Assembly (NCBI GenBank): GCA_002269645.1
Contig: NIVC01003318.1
Span: 40,233-104,232 of the forward strand
Length of the DNA stretch: 64,000 bases
Direction of reading: 5' to 3'
Source: Macrostomum lignano
Taxonomy: Eukaryota
Shown here: piece by piece, positions 23,701-36,340 of the stretch
Position numbering within the stretch: position 1 is the stretch's first letter
Layout of the letters: each line of letters starts with the position of its first letter
Notes under the pieces: model-generated
What the model was told of the DNA's origin: nothing
The model's database searches: none
What the model saw: the letters and a program-made list of their open reading frames with translations, nothing else
Position numbers and translations under genes: made by a program

Positions 23701-26700
23701 GAAATGAGAGCAGAGAGAAGAGAGAAAAGGGAAGAGAGAAAGTAGAGCGGAGACGATAGATAAGTGATTAGAGATGAGATATGAGAGAGGAGAGAAAAGG
23801 GGAGAGATAAGATAGAAGATAGGAGAGTAGACAGGAGAGGGAGAAGAGAAAGACGAAAGACGAGGGAGAAGAGATAAATAAGGGAGTAGAGATAAATAAG
23901 AGAGTAGGGGTAGAGATGAGATGAGAGAGAGGAGAGAGAAGCGAGTCACGATAATAGCGAAGAGAGGAGAGAGTAGATATGAGAGACGTAAGAGTCTTTG
24001 AGCTATGGTCTTTGAAAGGTTTGTAAAGAATTTGGAGACGATTTGGAAGATGGGATTCAAGACATGGAATTTCAGTTGATGGATAATTCAGGGAATGGAA
24101 TTCCGGTGATGGGAGTTCTTCCCCTTTCTCCTCCGAAGGAGGAGTTCCACTCGTACTTTTATATTTCCCTCGCGTCACAGATAACCGACAACGAAGACAT
24201 GACAGCTCTTCATTTAGCCTGCGCACACAGCGAAGTTCTCATTGTGAAGATGCTCCTCGAGATGGAGACCAACGACAAAGACTACTTAGACATGGTGGAG
24301 AACAGCGGCTGCACCGCTCTTCACCTGGCCAGTGCCGAAGGTAACGAAGAAATCTGCAGCTACTTGCTGCACTCCGCCGAGCTGGAAGGTGAAGGCTTCC
24401 TGAAGCGGTACATCAACCGCAAGGATATGGAAAACAACACCTGTCTGCACAGTGCGGTGCAGAATGAATGCATCGACGTTGCGGAGGTCCTGCTCAAGAA
24501 GGGTAAGCATTGAAAAAGCAAAACCTCTACTGTTCAGCATAAAATCGAAAAATGAAATTTCATAACTACAAAAATGACATTCAGGTGCCTTCGTGAACGC
24601 TTGCAACACGGGTCATGAGACGCCGCTGCATCTCGCTGCTCGCACTGGCAGCACCGCTATGGTTGAGCTGCTCATCCGTCACGGCGCCAGCCTCAACGCT
24701 ATGGACTCCGATCGACAGACGGCGTTGCACAAGGCGGCGAACTTCAATCAGAATGACTTGCTGAAGTACCTGCTGGAAATTGACAGCTCCGTGATCGACG
24801 CCAAAGATAGGGAGGAGAACACACCCCTCCTTCTGGCCAGCTGCCAGCAGGACGATCCCGGATGCGTCCAGATTCTGTTGGAGAAAGGAGCCAATCCGCT
24901 GTGCACGGACGGCCAGGATCGATCCGCCCTGTACCTGGCAGCCCAGTGGCACAACACCAAAGTGCTTAAAGCTCTATTGGACAATCCGGTGGTCACTGAG
25001 AATCGCGTCATTGACGAAGCGGATGTCAACAACAATACGCCGTTGCACGTTGCCTGCGAGAATGGTAGGCCGCTGCAATTTGCCTTACTATGCTTCATTT
25101 TATTGAACGCCATCGACCTGCTAATAAGATAGCTGTTTAACACTTTATGCAATTGGAGCTACATTGATAGGAGCTTTGTACGAGTGTATATTATTGTCTT
25201 CGTATCTTTCTTCATTGGCACAATCAATTCAATTAGCGGACGGGAAACCGATCGAGATCCATTCCTTAGTTTATGGTTAATTTAAAAGCAGATTGCACTA
25301 TACGTGATAATCGAAGCGTGTACTGCTTTTAGAAATTATCCACCTGTCTGCGCTACGCGTATTTTAACCTTGTACGAGCGTACATGTACTCTTACGTTTG
25401 ATTGGTTTGTTTTTTACAGTCAACAATCGCTCTAGTATTTGAACTTTGCGATCAAATGCCTAATGAAAAGCTACGAGTGTTACTAAACAATCGCAGGCTA
25501 TCTTGACGTAGTCGAGCTGTTACTGCGCTACAAGGCCAAATACGATGACAAAAACGAGGACGAAGAGACGCCAATTCATCTGGCCGCCAAAGCCGGCCAC
25601 GTGCCCATCGTCCGTCACCTGCTACGCCTCAGCCGCAACCTGGCGCACGACGAGGACGAAGATTCGAACACGCCGCTGCACCTGGCGGCACTGGCTGGCC
25701 ACTCCAAGATCTGCCAAGTACTCATCGAAGAGGGCAAAGCCGACGTTGAGGCCAGGAACTCCCGCGGCTGGACTGCGATGGACTGCGCCGCGTCCAAGGG
25801 CTTCACCAAGGTGGCCCAGGTGCTGTTGGAGAACGACTCGCCAATCGATCCGGCGGACAAGTCGAACGTCACCCCGCTTTTCCTCGCCTGTCAGGGTGGG
25901 CACCAGGAGATGGTTGAGCTGCTGCTGAAAATCGGTGCCAGGGTAAGGCTCTCTACTCATTCGATGCCAACTTTAGGTCTAGCAAATAAGACTTCTTCCC
26001 AGGCCGTCTGCAGTCATCAGAGTGTAAAAAACAAATATACGACACATTCATTGCTAGCAGATATACGAGAGTAATAGCCATTCACCTAGCTCATTGCCAT
26101 GATTCTCTTTCATTTTATATCAATATTCCAGAACAAACACCAACTTTAGAATCTTAAATTCGTCTTTATTTTTCATTAACAAAATAAAGTCAAAACTAAA
26201 CCACCAGGTGGACAACCGCATCAAGTACTCCAACATCAACAGTCCGCTGCACAACTGCAACTGCTTGGACGCCGCGATCGATCACGGGCACAAGAAGGTC
26301 GCCCTGACGCTGATCAACTCCAACCAATGGAAGGAGGCTCTGCGCAACGAGACAATCGGCGAGAAGGGCGAGAAGGACACGCCGCTCAGGAAGCTCATCC
26401 GCAAGATGCCAGCAGTGGCCGAGAAGGTCTTTAACCGCTGCGTTGAGAACAACAAGCAGCGCCGACCGCCGGACGACCCTAACTACAAGGTTGTGTTCTA
26501 CTACGAGTTCCTGGACGACATGTACAGCAGCTGGGCTCCGCTGCGCAGCAAAGACGCCGCAGCTCTCGGATTTGACCAGATGGATGGGGGCAGCAACGGC
26601 GGAGGCAGTGTCGGTAGTGGCGGCGGTGGAGGCTCCGACAGCGCCTCAACGGTCGGCGATGCACTGAGTCAGAATATAGACATCTACGACACAGAGGGCT

Positions 26701-29700
26701 ACCTGCGCAAGGATCTGAAGTTTCGTTCGGTTAAAGGCTCGTTGAAGAAGAACCATCCACTGATGCTGATGGTCAAGTGAGAAACATAGAGAAGTCTTGC
26801 AAGCTTCTAGTGACCATATATATAGTGACCACATCGTATTTTTCTTTTGTAATCAACAGGAAGAAGCGCGAGACTCTGTTGAAGCACCCGCTAGTATCGG
26901 CTCTGCTGCGTCACAAGTGGACCTCCTACGGTCGCTGGGTGTACTACATCAACCTGTCACTGTACGCCATCTTTCTCGCCGCTTTCACCGCCTACATGCT
27001 GGTGCTGAAGCCGACTTACATGTACTACGGACCGTTCTATTCGGCCTACAACGTCAGTCCGTGGAGCGGGAACGAATGCGACCAGGTGTTGAAGGCAATG
27101 TCCAGCTGTTCGAAGCCAGCAGTGGCTTTTGTGGCTATGTGGCTTGTGATCGGGTTGGGAGGCTTGTTTCTGCTCAAAGAGGTTCGTACACCAATGGTAG
27201 ACCAAGGACCAAATCTAGGATTCGGGTTTCCGTATGAATTTTAGCATTGAATCGAAATTAACAATTAAAACATTAAACAGGTGAGCCAGATATTTATAAG
27301 CCGGCTGAAGTACATAAACATGGAGAATCTGATGGACTGGAGCATCTTCAGTTTGGCCATTGTCACGGTGATTGATCTGAGCGATTGTCAGAGGACCTGC
27401 GGCGTTCGAACTGTAAGTTACAGCATGCATACACTGAACATAGTTTTTGAGTGGTGTTATTGAAATTGGACAATATAGAGCTACCAAGTTCACCAGAAAG
27501 GAGTTTTCCTCTTTCCAAATAGAGTCAAAGAACGTGAAACTCGGTCTAAGTCTTCCCGTTAAGTATTAGAACAAAATTCCAAATTAGATTGTTGAACGTT
27601 ACGAAGGCTAGTCACACACATGATTAAAAAAGTCGCTAATCAGGCTCAGCCGATGCAAATATTTAAACGCTTGGTATTTTTGCCACCTCTTTATTACACC
27701 TGCCCTAATACCGTAATGGGCAGATGTGCAACCGTGCAACCAACAGCTCAGCCATATCTGAAGGCTGCGTACGGCTGTTCAGTCCAAGGACTGGGAGGGG
27801 GGTCGCCACATCCACCCTCAATTACCCCAGCTAATGCTGGCACCCATTTTACAGCTGGGTGAACTGAAGCAATGCAGAGTTAAGCAGCTCAGGGACAGAT
27901 TTTCCGAGTGGGTCGAGAATCGAACCCCCAACTTTGAGTCGTGAGTCCGACGCTCTAACAGCGAGTACTAGGCTACAACCTGATATGCCACCTTGAAAAG
28001 GTTGAAACGGGTGGAAAAAGAAGACGTGCGCTCTTAACTTGATTTTTTTTTTGTTACAAAAAACTTTAAATGTAACTCTACTAAACATATTAGTATTTAG
28101 TGGGAAAAATGTGCAATTTTCTCAACAAACATTAAAATCTTTTCTACTTCTGCAGGACTGGCAATGGAACACGGGAGCCCTGGGCATCCTGATTGCTTGG
28201 CTCAACCTGGTCCTGTACATCCGCAAGATGCCTCGCTTCGGCATCTACGTTGTCATGTTCACGGACATCTTCTTTACCTTTTCTCGATTCTTTTTGGTCT
28301 TTTTCCTGTTCATATTATCGTTCAGCATTGCATTCTACCTGCTGATGCAGAACCAGATTGGGTTCGACAATTTGGGGAAGACAATTCTCAAGACCACCGT
28401 CATGATGATCGGCGAATTCGAGTACGCGGACACGTTCGACAACCAGTACGAGCCTGACAACAAGCTGAACGCGAGCCAGCAAATATTTTACAATGCCGCT
28501 ACTTACGCCGTGTTTGTTTTTTTCCTGGCCATCATGAGCATCATCATCATGAACCTGCTGGTCGGTCTCGCAGTCGACGACATCAAAGCGGTGCAGGAGC
28601 AGGCTTCGCTTAACCGGATGGCAATGCAGGTGAGTGATCGTTAGTATTCGGTGAAGATTTAAAATGTGCATCAATTACAGTAGCTGGTAGCGACGTCAAA
28701 CTGTACAACATGCTCGCACACAAAGATTTGCACAGGCCTGTAAAGTGCAAACCAAGAAATTGCACGTGAGCATTTTCTCGAGAGAATTTTCTTGCGAGGA
28801 TTTTATCCCTCTAGAGCAAATGCGAGCTACTCCGAGGCAGGGGGGGGGCGAAGCCCAGTGATCTAGCGCGGCGCTCTGATGCGCCAGCAGCCCAGGCTCG
28901 ATTCCAAGTGCAGTCGCAATAATCTGGAGCTAAATTGGAGTCTCGGCTTCGCTCTGCTCGTGCAATTAAACGCTCTTGAAGGTCAACCCCCAAGGCACAG
29001 TGAAGTGTACATGCCTAACGATCAATCAAGTTAGGGCCGCTGTACACTCTTGTGTGAGTGTGTGCCTGTGTGTATGACTGCGTACGTATCCGCGCGCTTG
29101 TGTGCCTGCTCAGGGGAGTCGGCGGAATGCGCAGTAATGTCTCTCGCCGGTTGTGTGACAATGTCGCTTAAAGTGCACCAGGGTGCCCACAACCCTTTGC
29201 CTCTACTAATAATAGCTCTCCAAGGCTGAGCAGATACTCCGATCAGTAAGAACCACTGCCTCTACCATAGAAATGACAGCTGCTCGGAAAATTCTGACTG
29301 TATGAAATATGAAATATGAAAAAACTGATTTCGTGGAAAGAACCTACTTGTAAGTGAGCAGTATGATTTGTACCGTACGTAAATTGCAAAGCATAACGGC
29401 AGAGAAAATTTATATAGAAAATAATTTTCAAGTGACTAAAAGAGCATCCATGCCAATAACAGGTCGAGTTGGCCCTTGATGTGGAAGCTATCCTACCGAT
29501 GGTGCTGACCAGGAAGTTCGTCATCAAATCCGAAATATATTATCCAAATCCGGATCGAAGCAAGAAAACCTACTTCATATCCAAGATGTTCGACAATATT
29601 TGGATCACGCGAGACCAGCTTAACAGAGCTCTCGATCCCGAACTGGATCAATGGGATAAAATCTACAAGAAACAGGAAGACACCGACGTCTCCATGGTGA

Positions 29701-30941
29701 CGGTGAAAACCAAGCTGAAAGAGTTGAAGTCAAAAACTGCAAAGATCGAAGCAATGCTAGGGGTAAGTTTGGAATTTTTATTTTACAAGACTAAGGGTAG
29801 TCTAAAGCTTCCGGTTTAAAACACACGCAAGTCACCCACCCCACAGCACCCACTGTCCATAGAAGTTACCCACCCCACAGCACCCACTGTCCATAGAAGT
29901 CACCCACCCCACAGCACCCACTGGTCACCCACCCCACAGCACCTACTGCCCATGTAGAAGTCACCCACCCCTCAGTACCCACTGCCCATAGAAGTCACCC
30001 ACCCCACAGCACCCACTGCCCATAGAAGTCACCCACCCCACAGCACCCACTGCCCATGTAGAAGTCACCCACCCCACAGCACCCACTGCCCATAGAAGTC
30101 ACCCACCCCACAGCACCCACTGCCCATCTAGAAGTCACCCACCCCACAGCACCCACTGCCCATGTAGAAGTCACCCACCCCACAGCACCCACTGCCCATA
30201 TAGAAGTCACCCACCCCACAGCACCCACTGCCCATGTAGAAGTCACCCACCCCACAGCACCCACTGAATTCACCCACCCCACAGCACCCACTGCCCATAG
30301 AAGTCACCCACCCCACAGCACTCACTGAAGTCACCCACCCCACAGCACCCACTGAAGTCACCCACCCCTCAGCACTCACTGCCCATAGAAGTCACCCACC
30401 CCACAGCACCCACTGCCCATGTAGAGTCACCCACCCCACAGCACCCACTGCCCATGTAGAAGTCACCCACCCCACAGCACCCACTGCCCATAGAATTCAC
30501 CCACCCCACAGCACCCACTGAAGTCACCCACCCCTCAGCACTCACTGCCCATAGAAGTCACCCACCCCACAGCACTCACTGCCCATAGAAGTCACCCACC
30601 CCTCAGCACTCACTGCCCATAGAAGTCACCCACCCCTCAGCACTCACTGCCCATAGAAGTCACCCACCCCACAGCACCCACTACCCATAGTCACTTACTT
30701 CACAGTACTCACTGTCCATAAAAATTACCCAACCCATAGAAAGCTCTAACCATGGAAAGAATTTAAACATTTAATCTCAACTGAGCAAGAAACTCCAACC
30801 CTAACAAACTTCGACCTTATGCAGGCGATAATGCGCAAGCTCCAGATAGACCAGGACGAGTCCTCGCTAAACTACGTGGACGCTGAGGACAATTGCACGG
30901 ATGAACACGTCCCCGCTGTCGGGAATGAGATCGTGACTTAA
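11734..30941 (+). CDS. TRPA1: TRPA1-like ankyrin-repeat transient receptor potential channel, 13 exons, ~1347 aa
   Basis: Phase-consistent GT-AG exons: 11734-12075, 12567-12848, 16852-16893, 18440-18655, 24181-24502, 24585-25064, 25497-25942, 26208-26776, 26860-27181, 27281-27412, 28156-28629, 29463-29762, 30825-30941. Many TPLHxAA ankyrin repeats, LLKHPLV..LL..KW pre-S1, pore MMIGEFEY, S6/TRP-like NLLVGLAVDDIKAVQEQASLNRMAMQVEL, C-terminal coiled coil. Confidence 0.93.
13040..13478. repeat. Minisatellite, 26/21-bp units (CTACCCTAGAGTTACCACT[GCACT]GT), TRPA1 intron 2
   Basis: Direct tandem repeats with two length variants differing by GCACT. Confidence 0.95.
14884..15745. repeat. Hierarchical minisatellite: 48-bp units built of 12-bp GAGAGACCCGAT-like subunits, decaying to 11-13-bp units
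   Basis: Visible tandem structure. It explains the MRDP, HRVS and GSLI ORFs in several frames. Confidence 0.95.
17223..17585 (+). mobile_element. tRNA-derived SINE family B copy
   Basis: GGGCCGTAGTACAGTGGTCCAGCGCGG...GGTTCGATTCC head. Homologous to the other three copies. Confidence 0.85.
19138..24153 (+). mobile_element. Head-to-tail array of three non-autonomous Helitron units in TRPA1 intron 4
   Basis: Starts A|TCCTAATACTAAAA. Units end in a CTCC(T/C)CC-GAA-GGAGGAG hairpin + CTCG|T at 20418, 21644 and 24153. Each has a (GT/GTTT) microsatellite, a (TAACCC)n tract and ~30-bp internal repeats. Overall A|...|T target. Confidence 0.78.
22870..23995. repeat. Purine-rich (GA)-type low-complexity tract inside Helitron unit 3
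   Basis: About 1.1 kb of mostly G/A on the plus strand. Confidence 0.92.
27690..27980 (-). mobile_element. tRNA-derived SINE family A copy, TRPA1 intron 10
   Basis: Reverse complement of the copy at 56402-56690, with B box GGTTCGATTCTC. Confidence 0.82.
28843..29210 (+). mobile_element. tRNA-derived SINE family B copy, TRPA1 intron 11
   Basis: Aligns throughout with the copy at 17223. Confidence 0.85.
29830..30715. repeat. Minisatellite, 34/36-bp units (GAAGTCACCCACCCCACAGCACCCACTGCCCAT[GT]A), TRPA1 intron 12
   Basis: Direct tandem repeats with shorter deletion variants. Confidence 0.95.
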
Positions 30942-31649
30942 AGACTAAGCTTTGTTATGGTTCTTTGGGGAAACATATTTTAACTAACTGTATAACTTTG
31001 GATGCTTTTCTGAAAAGTAGAAATTTACAGATAAGCATCCAAATTTATGTCAAATTTATGTGAATATAATGAGACAGTTTCCGAGGGAGGTTTTCTTAAC
31101 GAAACCACTTCTGGAAAATTAATTGATCGAATTGCTCGATCGAATGAGAGTATCTGAAAACCCTGGAGACAACAAAATTTGTAGACTTTTAGAATATTTT
31201 ACTGACTAGCATATTGACTTGACTACACATAAACAGATATATACATATTTTTTACTACTACTACAACAGAACACGTGAAAGTTCAACAAACAGCCAATGT
31301 CAATGACTAAACAATATTTATTCGGAATTCTATTTTCTCTTTTTCCTATCCTATTTAGATTTAATGCTTCTTTGCTTGGTGTAGTTTTGATTTCGTTACG
31401 AATTATCGCTGTTGTCCAGTTATTCGTGCCGAATTATGTGATTTGTCTGGTAAGTACGAGTAACTGCCCCTACATGTAATTGTTTCCCCCCTTTTGCCTG
31501 ATTACTTCACCCAATTATTCAATTTAACACCATTCTGGAAATAAAATAACTAAAACGCTTTTGCCGTTCTACTTAAAGTAATCAGTAAGCGTTTGTTGCA
31601 TTTAATTTTATCCAGTTGAAAATCAAATCAAACTGCAACAAACTGCCAC

Positions 31650-31990
31650 AATTTCCCCCCGGAGAGCCACAAATCTGTGCCCCAGAGAGCCACAATTTCC
31701 CCCGGAGAGCCACAAATCAGTGCACCAGAGAGCCACAAATCAGTGCCCCAGAGAGCCACAAATCAGTGCCCCAGAGAGCCAACAAAACAGTGCCCCAGAG
31801 AGCCAACAAAACAGTGCCCCAGAGAACCATAAAACAGTGCCCCAGAGAGCTATAAAACAGTGCCCCAGAGAGCCACAAAACAGTGCATCACCCTAGAGAG
31901 CCACAAAACAGTGCCCCAGAGAGCCACAAAACAGTGCCCCAGAGAGCCACAAAACAGTGCCCCAGAGAGCCACACAACAGTGCCCTAGAA
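31650..31990. repeat. Minisatellite, ~23-bp units (AGTGCCCCAGAGAGCCACAAAAC)
   Basis: Direct tandem repeats. Confidence 0.92.
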
Positions 31991-34012
31991 GGCCGCAAAA
32001 CAGTGTCTCTACATAAATACAGAACCCGTTACTCCAAACATGTCAACAGCAAGCAGCGTTTATAGCAGATTTTAGTAACAGACAGAACAACATTTTGTAA
32101 TTAACTCGTATTATATTGAATCTTTAACGACAGTATTATTCAGTCTGCAGATGTAACCCCATCGTGATATAAGCAAGGCATATACAATATATAATAAAAC
32201 TGTCCAAGTGCATTAGAGGTCATAAAAAACTTCACGACACATACCATACGGTCGTATCTCTTAGCTAGAAACTGCATATGATACTAGCGGGTCCCTTGGA
32301 GCAAAAACCATGAACCAGAAAAAAATGAACTGATAAAGACACTGCCGCACGCTCAGCATAAAACGGCATTTGGCTGCATATAATGGCCAGGTGTTTCCCA
32401 GAGTTCTGTAGGACTTGAACCCGCAGCAATACGCGCATACAGTTCAGAGTGCGCGGTCGCAGTTCAAACACACGCACACACAATGCAACAGGGTAAAGTG
32501 CTTTGCCCTCTTCGCTGCTTGCTTCTAAAAGAGTGGCGCCACGCACATACTAGCTACACACTGGGTGCGGTAGCGTACAAAGTGCGAAGCCCGCTGCTGC
32601 TAGTGCGGCCATTGGCCAAATGGCATTCGGAATCAAGTTTATACAAATTTACCCTCTCTCAGATACCCGAACTTCGTATACTCTCAGTTGCCAAGGCATC
32701 TAAAAATAAATGCACAGTGAATAACGCCTGCCCCCTGGCCCTATTGAGAAGAAAAAGTCTTAAGCGTCTCTTCATAAAAAAAACGGTCGAGCAATTTCTG
32801 TGGTTGCATTCAAGCTCTTTATCAGCAGGAGAGGGGCTGCTGGACGCGAACTTAGGTCTTTTGTACAACTAAGATAAGACTGATCATGCGATTTCTTGCA
32901 GTTCGGCACAAGTGCGACGACAACTCTCCTGACACGATTCCGCAGCCGACGCAATCTTTATAGAGAATTGAATAAAGTCCGACTGAAAAAGGCAGTTATA
33001 TATTTATGATTAGAATAAAATTATAACTGATATTTAGCGTGGTTATTTCAACTTCTAAGTTTATATTTCAAAAAAAATTCAGGCATTTGAAGGGAGATTT
33101 TAATAACAGACAAATATTATATGATTACTATTATTATCTTCACGCGACCAAACTGGCAGTGCACACGTGATGACTTCGGTAAAAAATCAAATTCAGTGTC
33201 ATTTTTATACTCGAGTTTTGGCGCCACAGAACCTGCATACGCGTGTGTTGGAAAAATTAACTTGGTAAAAAAAGAATGATTTTTTATAGAGAAAAAAATT
33301 AAATTTAAGAAGCAATACACTATAACTGGTTTGGTTGAGCACAGCACAGAATGAGTAATCTCTACTGAAACTTCATCAAGTTCTTTATTATTTTTAGTTC
33401 GTAAAAAACTAAAACAAACAACATTTAAAGAGAAATAGCTTCAAATAAAAAATGCGGCCTCGTAACATTGGGTGGCGTTTAAACAAAACGTCCGCAAAAA
33501 AAAGCGCTGGAGCAGGTATTTGAATTTAAGAAACTTAATATAGATAAACAAAAGAAATTAAAGAAGACTGAAGCGGTGCAAACTAATTAATAAAATATTG
33601 TTACTATCGATAGAGACCTTTCAAACATCGTTAGAAAATATAACAAAATAGTCTATTTCACTAGGAAATAATATTGTAATTTGTTAATTTGCGCAAGCAT
33701 TTTCAATTGCCAAGTTGTCTGTCCTCTTTAATTAGCTGGTAATAATCTTGTTACCAGCCTGACGGACAGACAACATGCAATTCAGAACAGAAAAGATCGG
33801 TGTTAGGAACAGAGAGGAAAGTAAGATTACTGAGTTGTTAAAATTCAAACAGAAAATAACAGCAATAGCAATAATATAAATAATAAAAGACCGCTTTACA
33901 AAAATCAAATGAACAATTCTCAGTTCTTAGAAAATTTATTAATTGCCAAAAACATTTTATCCCAGTTTTTTTCGCTAAACCCAGCATAATTCCTGCACTC
34001 GAGTATTTGACT

Positions 34013-36037
34013 TTATTTCTCCTTCTTAGCAACAAAACCGTGGCGTTCCATGCTGGCTACCGACTTCAGCACAGCGGCTACATCCGGCTGTTTTGTGTGC
34101 TGCTCGCTTGAATTGGAACCGCTTCCACCACTACCAGCAGCAGCAGCGGTGGTGGCGGTCGACCTGCGAGCCGACGGCTTCATATAAGAGTGATAGAAGA
34201 AGTTGGCGAACAGCAGGAAGTAAGACAGGTACATGATGCTGCCAGATAGGGCGTTCGCGTCCGACACTTGGCAGGGCAGGCCGGCCTGGGTGAGTTCGAT
34301 GGGACACATGCGAACTTGTGGCTTTCTCCACAAATCACCAAATCAATCAAATCACAACACCCCCCCCCCCAAACACCTCTCCAAATGCTTACCCGCTTAG
34401 TCCACTGCACGTAGGCAAAAACCAGACAGCCGATGATCATCTGCACAATCTGCATGCTGGTGATGCACATGCTGGTCCAACGGGGCGGACGGAATTGCAT
34501 CGCGCGCAGGGCATAGTAGGAGTACATAAACGCGTGCACAGTGTAGTTCATAGCGAAGAACCATCTGAGAAATTGCATAACAAAACTTATGCTAATCATC
34601 CCGATTTAAATCGTACTAGTTAGATTAAAGAGTCTCACCTGCCAGGAGCCGTGTGCTCAGAGTAGCTCTGGAACACGTACATGAGAACGGTGATGTGATG
34701 GTACCAGTGCAAGAACATTAAATTCTGCTTGCGCAGCACAATAAAGGCTGTGTCGCCAAGTTCGTAGGCTTTGCTAAGCACAAAGCAGATTGACCAGAAA
34801 CCTGTGACGCCATAGAAATAGTTTGGATGGCAGATCGTGTGATGGAACGAATAGTTTTGCCAGGTGTGAATTAGTTCAGGCAGTGTCCTGGAAATTATCA
34901 TGGTTTTTTGCGAATTGATTGAGCCTAATTTTGGCATAAATTACTGCATTAGCTGTTGAGACAATGCCATACCGATAAGCTCCCATGATGCTAAAGATAG
35001 CCAAGATGCCGCTCCATGCAGCCAGCATTGGTCGCAAGTTGAATGGTGGACGATTCTTCATGTAGCGCTGGCCATAGAAGACCAGGGCAACATAGATGGC
35101 CGAGATATACACTGTGTAATGCCAGTTTCTCTATAACAAATAAATGAGTATGATAATTAAAATTTATACACAGTAGTAAGAAAATAAATGCCAACAGAAA
35201 CATTAAAGTCCAAAGACAGGTCAAAAAAGTCCAATAAAATTTTAAAATAAGCCTAAGTACAAAATGGAACAGGAGCAAAAAGACATAGCACTCCTCATAG
35301 TCTGGGCTTACATTCCACCCCATTGCTAGCTAGCTATACATTTAAGTTGGGCTTGTGTATTGTGATATACCAAGCTTCAATAATCTTAAGCTTATTTGCA
35401 CTTATCTAACACTTTGAAAAACTAAATTGGTTCATTGTTTTTATGGTAACACTTTTTGCAAAGAAGTAAAAACTTAATATAAAGGGCAAACACTTTTAAA
35501 AACTCAATTAACAAAAAGAATCAACCTCTACAGAGAATTATTAGAAGCAAAAATTTCAATGTGTTGTGGATGGCCAGCTATTCATTGTTTGACTGGTGCA
35601 CTACTATAGTTTGCATCATGTATTAATATAATTATAATTCAAATATAAATACATTTGAAAAAAATGGCGAAACTAGACAAAATCACATAAAAATATTTTA
35701 AACTATAAAACCCAAAACATAAAATCATTTACTATTAAGTTTGCTAATTACTTTGACATTTGGCACAAAGATAAATTAAGGTTTAAAATTTAGTTACATA
35801 GAGATTGAAATATTGCGAATTGTGATTTAATTATGCAAAAGCATTAAAATTTAAAAGCTGCCAAAAATAAGTAAAAAAGTTAAGTAAACGTCTTACCTCA
35901 GTCCACGCACGAAAGTCCTCCTCTAGACCAGTTGACAATTTCTCAAAGTCGTACACAAAAGTAAAATTAGGAGAATCCATCTGCCCTAGTGCCCCACTAT
36001 TGACAACATCGTCCACTGGAGAATACCGAATGGCCAT
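34013..36037 (-). CDS. ELOVL6: ELOVL6/ELOVL3-type very-long-chain fatty acid elongase, 5 exons, ~330 aa
   Basis: Phase-consistent exons 36037-35897, 35130-34973, 34887-34639, 34564-34393, 34285-34013. Motifs [58 protein letters not shown] and a C-terminal lysine-rich KKEK (ER-retention-like). Confidence 0.94.
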
Positions 36038-36340
36038 ATCAACTAGTGAATTCGGACTACAGAAGATTCGATTATTGATTGATTAAAACCCTAAACATAG
36101 ACCAGACCAGAGAGAAGCACATTTACATTCGTCAAGTGCCAGTGTCGAATATATAAATTGCTGCAAGTTAAAAGCAACAGCGTAATTATTTTATAACTTG
36201 TGTTAACAAATTTTTATTAAGCTACTTGTTTTTAAAAAAATATATAAACCAATTTCTATAGTTCAATCGTTTGTATCTTAAAAATAAAACTATTTTGTTT
36301 TAGCAAACAAAATAAACCGTAAAGATCATTTATAATTTAA

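Noticed and set aside
23188-24226. 290-aa and 152-aa Leu/Ser-rich minus-strand ORFs
   Set aside because: Artefacts of the GA-rich low-complexity tract.
24286-28674. Antisense and alternate-frame ORFs over TRPA1 exons
   Set aside because: Shadow ORFs of GC-rich coding exons.
32265-32954. Cluster of short ORFs between TRPA1 and ELOVL
   Set aside because: No recognisable domain, no consistent frame and no convincing splice structure.
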